Made by a program: the position numbers and the translations under genes. From Treponemataceae bacterium (GTDB lineage: Bacteria; Spirochaetota; Spirochaetia; Treponematales; Rectinemataceae): DNA of 64,000 nt. The stretch is from positions 64,001 to 128,000 of the forward strand of contig CAXXHO010000005.1 in NCBI GenBank assembly GCA_963667725.2, given 5' to 3'. The notes under the pieces are model-generated. The model was not told the DNA's origin, searched no databases, and was given only the letters and a program-made list of their open reading frames with translations. Position 1 is the stretch's first letter, and each line of letters opens with the position of its first letter. Shown piece after piece: positions 20,692 through 27,994 of this stretch.

Positions 20692-22185
20692 TCAGGACGG
20701 CAACACAAGCTGCTGAAAACGTTCCTGGTTCTGAAACTCCTGTTTGGTCAGAATCGGGATCTCGTGCAACACCATGTTGACCGCAAATCGGTTCACCAGG
20801 TCGTTCTGCTGGTCCCTTGTGAGGTCATCGAAGCGGCCCACGTACTTCGCGGCGCGGATCCGGGCGTCGCGTAGCAAGGAACTGCGAGCCTCGGCAGTGA
20901 GTGACGCGATATACGCCTTCGCCTGCTCGTCGCGATATTCGACGTATCGGTTTTCAACTTCCAACTGCTTCGCGGCCACCGTGAATTCCGCATTTCGGCG
21001 GTCATGCTGCCCGTCCATTTCCCTTCGTCTCGGGGACGATACAAAGCTTGGCGGAGGCACGATGCCGTCGCGGATGAAGTTGACGTACATGCCCGCTGGA
21101 TTGTGGAATTTTCGCGGATTGCTCTGAATCAGCGAATCGACCCATTCGATCTGGCGTTCCACGTCCATGTCGTCCGGCAGCGCGAATAGCAGGCGCCGCG
21201 CCACCTTCTCGTGGACACCGCGTCCCGTCAAAGCTTTAACCAGATCGGAAAATCTGGAATCGGACAGCGTCGTGTCGTCCCTCTGGCGAACCCCAAGCCG
21301 CTTTGGCTCCTCGGTGAAGATCGGCCCGGCCGTCAGAACTAGTTTGAAGTCCAGGCCGTCGATGGTCGGGCAAAGCTCCCAGGCCGCCAAATAGCCCACT
21401 TGCTGCAATTCTGAGAGGCCAGGCGAGAACTGTTCCTTGGCCCGGGAGAACTGCTGCCAGATCTTCACGTTCAGGTGTTGGCAGAGGTCTCGGTAGCGCT
21501 TCTGGAAGGGTCTGTTGGACGCGTAGAACCAGATATACAGCAACGGCACCAGGTTCTTGGCGATATCGCTGCGCAATTGCTGGTAGTGCTCGAGAGAGAT
21601 CGGCAATACGTGGCCGTGGTTCAGGTTTTCGAGCTGCCAATCGCTCAGAAAGACGTAGTTTTGCTCGGCTTTCCGGCCGTCTGGTAGCTCCTCGCCCACC
21701 GTGTAGACCTTCTCGAACACATGAAAGCGGTCTTTCATGTAGCGCTTGTTCTTGGCGAAGTAGACCGCTCCCTCGGACTTGATGAGGGTTCCCGCCATGC
21801 GGTCAAGCCATTGATCTACTTCGGCATAGCGCTTTCCAGTGGGCTTCAGGCCTAATAGCCGAAGCAGTTGGTAGGTGGTGAAACCGATCGGGTTGGTCAC
21901 AGCCCCCTGCTTCTTCTTCAACTCCGCTACAACCAACTGAAACGCAAGGTACTTATCGAGATCTGCGGTTGTGGGAAGCCCTCTTGAGGTGGCGAGGATC
22001 GTGGCCTTGGCTTCCGTCTTGATCCCGTTCGGCAGATCCCGGGTGAAGGTGACAACTTTCTCCTGCTTGCGCTTCCCGGTGCTGGCGGATGGAGAGAAGA
22101 ACCCGAGGGAGTTCAGGTTCTTCTCGACGCGCACAATTCGCCTGGCGGGGGCTTGTGTGGTCGAGAGAGCCAGCATCTCCTGCAT
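20692..22185 (-). CDS. Plasmid replication initiator protein (RepA/RPA-like winged-helix)
   Basis: EKNL..LGFF, GLPT..D, FTTYQLLRLLG..GKRY pattern; adjacent iteron array and ParA. Confidence 0.75.
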   Translation of the reverse strand: MQEMLALSTTQAPARRIVRVEKNLNSLGFFSPSASTGKRKQEKVVTFTRDLPNGIKTEAKATILATSRGLPTTADLDKYLAFQLVVAELKKKQGAVTNPIGFTTYQLLRLLGLKPTGKRYAEVDQWLDRMAGTLIKSEGAVYFAKNKRYMKDRFHVFEKVYTVGEELPDGRKAEQNYVFLSDWQLENLNHGHVLPISLEHYQQLRSDIAKNLVPLLYIWFYASNRPFQKRYRDLCQHLNVKIWQQFSRAKEQFSPGLSELQQVGYLAAWELCPTIDGLDFKLVLTAGPIFTEEPKRLGVRQRDDTTLSDSRFSDLVKALTGRGVHEKVARRLLFALPDDMDVERQIEWVDSLIQSNPRKFHNPAGMYVNFIRDGIVPPPSFVSSPRRREMDGQHDRRNAEFTVAAKQLEVENRYVEYRDEQAKAYIASLTAEARSSLLRDARIRAAKYVGRFDDLTRDQQNDLVNRFAVNMVLHEIPILTKQEFQNQERFQQLVLPS

Positions 22186-22279
22186 TTCGAATGAAATGGT
22201 GTCATAGATGCTTTTTGCGATGCAACACTTAATCTAGGTCGTACGCGCGTGCTTGCCCGGGATAGCGTACGTACTGGAA

Positions 22280-22579
22280 TCGTGAAAGTTCATATTGAAA
22301 TAGCTAAAAACAGTCTGCAAAAAACTGTAGTTTGGCTAAACTGATTGAAAACAAAAGTCCAAATGGCTGTCTCATTCGCCTGAGGGACGAGAGACGCGCT
22401 TCAGAGGGACGATAGCACTTCGTTTGGGGTTCTATAGAAGTTCGTCTGTAACTCGATATTGCATTCGTCAGAGGGACGATTAAGATTTTCGTCAGAGGGA
22501 CGATTTACTGGCGGCTGGGGCGGCTAGGGGATATTCCTGGTAAGCCTAATGGTACGTATGACTTCGCCAGAGGGACGAT
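22280..22579. repeat. Putative plasmid origin: AT-rich tract plus iterons TTCGTCAGAGGGACGAT
   Basis: Strong copies at 22375, 22397, 22464, 22488, 22563; degenerate copies at 22419, 22441; spacing 22,22,22,23,24; AT-rich stretch ~22280-22360. Confidence 0.8.
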
Positions 22580-22584
22580 ACGGA

Positions 22585-24027
22585 CTACTCCCCCGAGTCG
22601 TAGAGATCTTTCAGGCGCTGTTCCCTTTCGGCGCGGTCCCTTCGGTACATGGCGAAAGACTCGCCGGCGAAACACTTGGCTGTCTGAGCGATCAACAGGC
22701 CCACCGGGTTGTGTACACCGCGAAGACGGGAGATACGGTGTGCCTGCATGGCCCCCAGTTCGGCGATCTCCTCTTCGGTGGCATCCGGGGCGGCCTGGCG
22801 GCAGCTTCGAACGAGGGTTTGAAGAGCGTCGTCGTCGACAAATCCGAATTCGCGGATGATTGCTGCGGCCACGACCGCGGGTGCCGACGACGGGGTGTTC
22901 CCTTCCCCTTTTCCTGAGTTGGTATTCCTTATAAGGACGGGAGCGGGTGAATCACCCAGGGGTATTTCAGGTTGTTGACCCATGGGCAGTTCAGGTGGTT
23001 CACCCATGGGTAGATCGTCAAACTCCGTGTATTCACCCATGGGCGAATGACCCGCGGGCGAGTCAGCCAGGAGCGTTTGAACGGTCGCAAGGTCAACGAA
23101 CCGCACAGCCCGTGTTCTGACGACCCAGACCAAGCCGGCGCTCTTCCTCCGCTCCAGGATTTGGGTGAAGTTGTAGACCCGGTATCGAGTGGGCTGAGCA
23201 AGGCGATAGTCCGGTTGGCGGACGATCTCGATGGCGAGTTTCTCCTGGAGAGACTGGATCAGGCGCTTGGCATGTTTGTGGTCCGTGGCGAGAAGGCCGC
23301 AGAGCTGGCTCAAGCTGACATCGACGACACGGGCGCCAGAGACGTCCGGTTGACCGTGGTTCTTGGCGAACGTCCATAAAGTCTGGTAGGTGACCTGTTC
23401 GCTGCTGGTGTGGGCATCCTGGACGGTTCGGCAGTAGCGAAGCGGGCGCTTGCCGCGACCTTCGACGTCCATGTACGGAATGCCGAAACGACCCGCGGGT
23501 GAAAAACCCATGGGTGTTTGACCAACAGGTTTTTCGTCCGTGGGACGATAAGTGTTTTCAACCTCAATGGAGGCAGCCGCGGCTGATTGACCCGTGGGTG
23601 ATTCGCCCGTGTATCGTTCGTCCATGGGACGATAGCCCACGGGTGTATCGGCCATGGGTCTTTCAACTACGAGTGATTGACCCACGGGTTGTTCAGTTGC
23701 TTCGCTCCCTGCCGGAACCTCAGGTGAATCAACCACGGGTGGTTGATCCTCGGGCTTTTGATCCGAGGGTGTTTGACCCATGGGTGGTTCACTTTTACTG
23801 TTTTCAACCTCTTCGACTGGCGCCGGCACTTCCACCGATGGGGCAGGGAAGGGAACGACTGCGGCCGCGGCCTCAACCTCGGCCCGCTTTTCGAGCATCC
23901 GCGACTTTTCAACCGGGGAGACTTCGAGAAACGACAGCATCCCCCGAAAGCCCGGATCCCGGGCGATTTCGTCAATGTCGAGCGGACCCTGGGGAGCCTT
24001 AGACCGTCTCCGCGTGTTTGACGCCAT
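22585..24027 (-). CDS. ParA-linked uncharacterised DNA-binding protein (central winged-helix, PMG-type pentapeptide linkers, helical C-domain)
   Basis: Overlaps parA 3' end by 29 nt; HTH-like SLSQLCGLLATDHKHAKRLIQSLQEKLAIEI; C-terminal HNPVGLL. Confidence 0.75.
   Translation of the reverse strand: MASNTRRRSKAPQGPLDIDEIARDPGFRGMLSFLEVSPVEKSRMLEKRAEVEAAAAVVPFPAPSVEVPAPVEEVENSKSEPPMGQTPSDQKPEDQPPVVDSPEVPAGSEATEQPVGQSLVVERPMADTPVGYRPMDERYTGESPTGQSAAAASIEVENTYRPTDEKPVGQTPMGFSPAGRFGIPYMDVEGRGKRPLRYCRTVQDAHTSSEQVTYQTLWTFAKNHGQPDVSGARVVDVSLSQLCGLLATDHKHAKRLIQSLQEKLAIEIVRQPDYRLAQPTRYRVYNFTQILERRKSAGLVWVVRTRAVRFVDLATVQTLLADSPAGHSPMGEYTEFDDLPMGEPPELPMGQQPEIPLGDSPAPVLIRNTNSGKGEGNTPSSAPAVVAAAIIREFGFVDDDALQTLVRSCRQAAPDATEEEIAELGAMQAHRISRLRGVHNPVGLLIAQTAKCFAGESFAMYRRDRAEREQRLKDLYDSGE
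22954..23059. repeat. Intragenic palindromic repeat cluster 1 (ACCCATGGGT-type, 5 copies)
   Basis: Copies at 22954, 22978, 23002, 23035, 23050. Confidence 0.85.
23491..23785. repeat. Intragenic palindromic repeat cluster 2 (ACCCATGGGT-type, ~16 copies at 15-bp period)
   Basis: Runs at 23491-23545 (4), 23590-23689 (7), 23716-23785 (5); some copies degenerate. Confidence 0.85.
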
Positions 24028-24796
24028 CTTCGTCTCCGAGTCTTTGCCTCAGATCCACAGCCAGACTCCGATAGTCCTCCAGCGCGCGGGATTTCGGATC
24101 GAAATCCTGCAGGAACTGGCGCTGCCTGCCGGCCTTCACCACGCTGCTATCCGTGCGGATGAGCGGGAGCACGGGTACCTGATACTGCGCCGTGATGCTA
24201 TCGAGCGTCTCCAGAATCGTGCTGGTCATCTGCATTCGCCGATCGACCATCACCGGGAGGGTACCGATGGTGCGGATGACACTCTTATCCTTATGAAAGA
24301 AGTGGTTCAGGCTGGTGGCCGCATTGATTGACGCAAGCGCACCCTGAATGCTGAGGGTTTCCATCCCCACCGGCACCAGGACGTCACGGGTGTACATCAT
24401 GGCGCACGCCTGGAACAAGCCGATCGATGGGGCAACATCAATCAGCACAATGTCATACGGCGCTTCGTTCTGGCTGAAGGAGTGAATGAAGGCGTGCTCC
24501 CGCGCCATCTGGGTCGAGATGATGTCTTCGGCGCGGTTGGTGTCGCGGCTGGAAGCCAGCAGGTCGATATTCGGGTGCAGGGGCGTCAGGCAATCCTTGA
24601 AGGCGTAGCCGTTGACCAGGTAGTCGAACAAGAAGAGCGTCGGCTTGGCGCCGATCAGGGAATGGACGGAGGCCTGAGGGTCGGTATCGATCAGCAGGAC
24701 CTTAAGACCGTCATCGGCCCAGCACCGGGCCAGAGTCAGCGCCGTGGTCGTCTTGGCAACGCCACCTCGTTGATTTGAAATGGTTAAACGGATCAT
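23999..24796 (-). CDS. parA: ParA/Soj-family partition ATPase
   Basis: NQRGGVAKTTT Walker A variant, LLIDTDPQ, YDIVLIDVAP; ATG at 24796 overlaps upstream stop (ATGA). Confidence 0.93.
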   Translation of the reverse strand: MIRLTISNQRGGVAKTTTALTLARCWADDGLKVLLIDTDPQASVHSLIGAKPTLFLFDYLVNGYAFKDCLTPLHPNIDLLASSRDTNRAEDIISTQMAREHAFIHSFSQNEAPYDIVLIDVAPSIGLFQACAMMYTRDVLVPVGMETLSIQGALASINAATSLNHFFHKDKSVIRTIGTLPVMVDRRMQMTSTILETLDSITAQYQVPVLPLIRTDSSVVKAGRQRQFLQDFDPKSRALEDYRSLAVDLRQRLGDEDGVKHAETV

Positions 24797-25026
24797 GATG
24801 CCCTCGCTTGACGGGCCGCTTCCAACTGCTCGCGAGCCGCTTCGATATCGGTTGGGCGCCACCAGCGTCTTCGAGTCCCTTCCAAGGGAGCAGGCGGCGC
24901 AATCGTACCATCCTTCAATTTTCTGAACAATGTCATGCGGGAAATCTGAAGCTGCCGAGCCGCAAGATCATCGCTGACAGCATTTACCAGACGTGGCACG
25001 GCCCTTGACCGCTTTCGGCTTGGCAT
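24793..25026 (-). CDS. Small MerR-like/excisionase-type HTH protein
   Basis: AARQLQISRMTLFRKLKDGTI..RRRWWRPTDI; translationally coupled to parA. Confidence 0.8.
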   Translation of the reverse strand: MPSRKRSRAVPRLVNAVSDDLAARQLQISRMTLFRKLKDGTIAPPAPLEGTRRRWWRPTDIEAAREQLEAARQARAS

Positions 25027-25032
25027 GTTTAG

Positions 25033-25068
25033 AACATATCCGATGTCAGATGTTTCCGTCAACGGAAA
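25033..25068 (-). promoter_or_regulatory. Promoter/operator of the HTH-parA operon
   Basis: TTGACG-N18-TATGTT, 6 nt before ATG; IR TTTCCGT-ca-ACGGAAA (25053-25068) covers the -35. Confidence 0.6.
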
Positions 25069-25152
25069 ACCGAGGTTATGCGGGCAGATTTTGTAACAAC
25101 GGGGCAAATCAGCAAGAATTGTAGCAGTGAGGTCAGGCGCAGGTCCGGGCGG

Positions 25153-25497
25153 CTATCCGGGGAACAGATCCATTTGCTGCAATTCTCGGGGGAGAAGCCG
25201 CACCGGGACGGCCGCGAGCTCGAGGTCGCGTGAAAGCCAGAGTTGGCCGCGGCGATAGGCCAGAGTCCTCCTGGTGACAGCAACTCGCTGGGTGGTGTCA
25301 TGGCGGGAATGGCAGCTCGGGCAGAGCACGGCGAGATGAAAACGGTCCGCCGGGTCGTGAGAAAGGTGGGCGATGTTCAACATGCGGTGCGGACGATGGC
25401 AGGCTTCGCAGCGATTCCCGGCGCTTTGAATCAACTCGACCCGAAGGCGGCGCCAGTCGGCACGATAAAAGCGGCGGTACTCGGCACGAATCGGCAT
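25153..25497 (-). CDS. Small HNH-endonuclease-like zinc-binding protein
   Basis: RCEAC..LNIAHLSHDP..LAVLCPSCHSRHD. Confidence 0.75.
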   Translation of the reverse strand: MPIRAEYRRFYRADWRRLRVELIQSAGNRCEACHRPHRMLNIAHLSHDPADRFHLAVLCPSCHSRHDTTQRVAVTRRTLAYRRGQLWLSRDLELAAVPVRLLPRELQQMDLFPG

Positions 25498-25586
25498 GGC
25501 AGCGGCGAACCGCCCCGCAGCTATCTGCTGCGAGGCTTCCGTTATGATAATGCCTCACGACGCCAGGTGCGCCACAATAGCAAGAG

Positions 25587-26465
25587 ATGACCGACCTGGA
25601 CCGAGCAGAGTCCTCCGAACCTGAACTGGCGCTAATGCACGCGAGCTCAGACGGTCAGCTTGTGGAGATCTGGCTCCACGGCCGCTCACCGCATACGCAG
25701 CGGGCTTACGCCGCGGATGTCGCACGCTTTGCGGGTAGGGCGGGGAAGCCTTTGCGCGCGGTGACACTCGTCGACTTGCAGAGTTTTGCAGATAGTCTCG
25801 CCGATCTGGCGCCGGCCAGCCGCTATCGAACGCTTTCGACCATCAAATCGCTTCTCGCGTTCGGTCACCGCATCGGCTATCTGCCATTCGATGTAGGTCG
25901 GGCGCTTCGGTTGCCGGCGGTGCGAAACCGTCTGGCGGAACGGATCCTGCCGGAGGCGGATGTCCACCGCATCTTGAGCCTGGAGCCGAATATCCGGAAT
26001 CGCGCGATTCTGACGCTTCTCTACGCGTCCGGCGTGCGGGTCAGCGAACTGTGCGGCCTGTGCTGGCGCGACGTTCAGGGGAATGGAGATGGCGCGCAGG
26101 TCACCGTTTTCGGTAAAGGCGGAAAGACCCGTGCGGTGCAACTGCCGGAATCGGTTGCCGGATTTCTGAACAAGCTGCGCGGGAAGGCGGGTGACGACGA
26201 CCCTGTGTTCCGCTCGCGGAGGCACGGCCAGGCTCTAACGCCAGTAGCGGTGCTTCGCGTGGTGCGCCATGCGGCACAGCGCGCTGGCATCGAGCTTCCC
26301 GTATCCCCGCACTGGCTGCGCCACGCGCACGCATCGCATGCGCTCGATCGCGGTGCGCCCATACATCTCGTGCAAGCCACGTTGGGCCATGCGTCGATTA
26401 CCACTACCGGCCGCTACCTGCATGCGAGGCCGAAAGACAGCTCGTCCAGATTTCTGGCCATTTAG
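25587..26465 (+). CDS. Tyrosine recombinase (Xer-like plasmid resolvase/integrase)
   Basis: Catalytic set GVRVSE, GKGGK, HWLRH, LGH, RYLH. Confidence 0.95.
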   Translation: MTDLDRAESSEPELALMHASSDGQLVEIWLHGRSPHTQRAYAADVARFAGRAGKPLRAVTLVDLQSFADSLADLAPASRYRTLSTIKSLLAFGHRIGYLPFDVGRALRLPAVRNRLAERILPEADVHRILSLEPNIRNRAILTLLYASGVRVSELCGLCWRDVQGNGDGAQVTVFGKGGKTRAVQLPESVAGFLNKLRGKAGDDDPVFRSRRHGQALTPVAVLRVVRHAAQRAGIELPVSPHWLRHAHASHALDRGAPIHLVQATLGHASITTTGRYLHARPKDSSSRFLAI

Positions 26466-26501
26466 GGCATGCTCACTTCTGCGCTGCCGGGCAAGGGCAG
26501 A

Positions 26502-26912
26502 TCACAGAAACGCGGCTGCCGAGAGATGGAAAAACTGGGCCAGTTTCCGGATGTGCGCTTTGCTCGGTTCGCGCTTGCCCGCCAGTACATCCGAGGCGAC
26601 GCTCCGGCTCCCGAAAATCGGAAGCAGATCAACCTGCCGAAGCTTGCGCTGTTCCATCAGGTAGGCGATCAGCCTATGCGGCGGAACGGCCGGCATCTCG
26701 AAGCTTTCATCGTACTCTTTGATCAGATGTTCCAGCAGGGTCCGCAGGACTTCTTCTTCGGCGCGCAGGCGTTGGCCATTGACTTCGCGACGGTCCAGTT
26801 CTTCCATCAGGGCGACGCAGCGATCGAATTCCTTGCGGGTTTCGATGATTTTCGGCTGGGCCTTCGCGAGCAACTTCCCGTACTTGATCGGGCTGATATC
26901 GGCTATGGCCAT
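26502..26912 (-). CDS. higA: HigA-type HTH antitoxin
   Basis: LI.EY, LMEQRKLRQVDL..FGSRSVASDVLAGKREPSK.HI.KL. Confidence 0.9.
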   Translation of the reverse strand: MAIADISPIKYGKLLAKAQPKIIETRKEFDRCVALMEELDRREVNGQRLRAEEEVLRTLLEHLIKEYDESFEMPAVPPHRLIAYLMEQRKLRQVDLLPIFGSRSVASDVLAGKREPSKAHIRKLAQFFHLSAAAFL

Positions 26913-27202
26913 CTTGTTCGCCACTCCCCTCTGTCCTGTTCTTTGTGAGTCAGCAGCGCCTTGACGTATAGCTTGCGGCGGGAGAAGACCGGGTCCACAA
27001 TCAGCCGGTAGCGATTCTGCCGGATATTGAACACGAGCAACCCTTTGACCAGGTCGACATCCGGAAACGTTGCGCGCACATCGTTCAGGCTGGACCAAGC
27101 CGCCGCCTTTACCGTGTGGTACCAGGAGTGCGCATCAGCCTGGACGTCCTGCGATCTTCCCTTCAGCATGTCCGTCAAACCCGGCTTGCTGATCACGTTC
27201 AC
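26903..27202 (-). CDS. higB: HigB-type mRNA interferase toxin
   Basis: VIS..W..AAW..DV..FP.VD..VFNI..NRYRLI..LLTH.E.D; upstream of antitoxin. Confidence 0.9.
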   Translation of the reverse strand: MNVISKPGLTDMLKGRSQDVQADAHSWYHTVKAAAWSSLNDVRATFPDVDLVKGLLVFNIRQNRYRLIVDPVFSRRKLYVKALLTHKEQDRGEWRTRWP

Positions 27203-27342
27203 AACCCGATGTTAGCAGAACGCGAACCGACATAAGAAACGGGGGCGTGCGGATTGCACTGCCGTGAAAAGGCCGTTCTTGTCCAAGGCAGGCAATTGCA
27301 GGCTGAAGCAAGAAAGTGCCCTCCTATATCTCCAAAGGGAGA

Positions 27343-27371
27343 TTGACAAGCGCGGCATAGGTTGGCACTAT
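27343..27371 (+). promoter_or_regulatory. Sigma-70-type promoter candidate for capsule operon
   Basis: TTGACA-N17-CACTAT. Confidence 0.5.
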
Positions 27372-27745
27372 GTGTGTACGATCGTTAACGTCGAACAGAT
27401 GTAAACGACTCGAACATCAAGATACAAGATCCGCAGTCAGGTTCTGAAGATCGGAAACGAGCCGGGTCCTTTCCAGCGCACTCGGCCGAAATCATCTGAT
27501 CAGAACCGGTAGACCAGGCGGAGGTCATTGTAAGTCCTTAAGAAATGATGGAAAGGGGCTCACAGAGCGCCAGCTATACCCGAGTGGGTGCAGTGAGTGA
27601 GCGACCTCCACTAATACCATCCCTATTCGAGATGTATTCCTAGGCAAATAACAGCCATACGCCGCTCGCGCCAACCGGCTGTTGGGCTATTTCCGCATTC
27701 CAGCACGACCAATGTCATGCCGTCTCAAACGGTCGTCGTTCACAG

Positions 27746-27994
27746 ATGAAGCCCAAAGCACGTAAGCGCATCGTCGCGTTCCGGGTAACCGAAGACGACT
27801 ACGAAAAGCTGAGGGCGGCTTCTGGAGAAGACGGTACGCGTGTTTCCGAGTTAGCCCGCGAAGGGGCTCTCCGCTTCGCCAACACGCCAACTCCAGGCAA
27901 GTCAGTTGAGGGCAAGCTTGACAAGCTGGACCAAAAACTCGACCAGGTGCTCGAAATCCTGCAAGCGGATGAACCTCCGGATCCAGATTTGTAA
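27746..27994 (+). CDS. Small ribbon-helix-helix protein with C-terminal coiled coil
   Basis: RIVAFRVTEDDYEKL..VSELAR; LDKLDQKLDQVL. Confidence 0.7.
   Translation: MKPKARKRIVAFRVTEDDYEKLRAASGEDGTRVSELAREGALRFANTPTPGKSVEGKLDKLDQKLDQVLEILQADEPPDPDL

Noticed and set aside
22375..23785. CRISPR array
   Set aside because: Repeats are 10-17 bp with 5-7 bp gaps, partly intragenic; no 30-40 nt spacers and no cas genes.
23310..24002. Alternative-frame ORFs with PWV/PRV repeats on both strands
   Set aside because: By-products of the 15-bp palindromic DNA repeats; no independent coding evidence.
19022..27202. Prophage or conjugative element
   Set aside because: No structural phage, relaxase or type IV secretion genes recognised in the window.
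27241..27378. Sigma-54 promoters upstream of the capsule operon
   Set aside because: GGGCGT-N5-TTGCA has a poor -24; TGGCAC..TGTA lacks the invariant -12 GC and overlaps a sigma-70 candidate.
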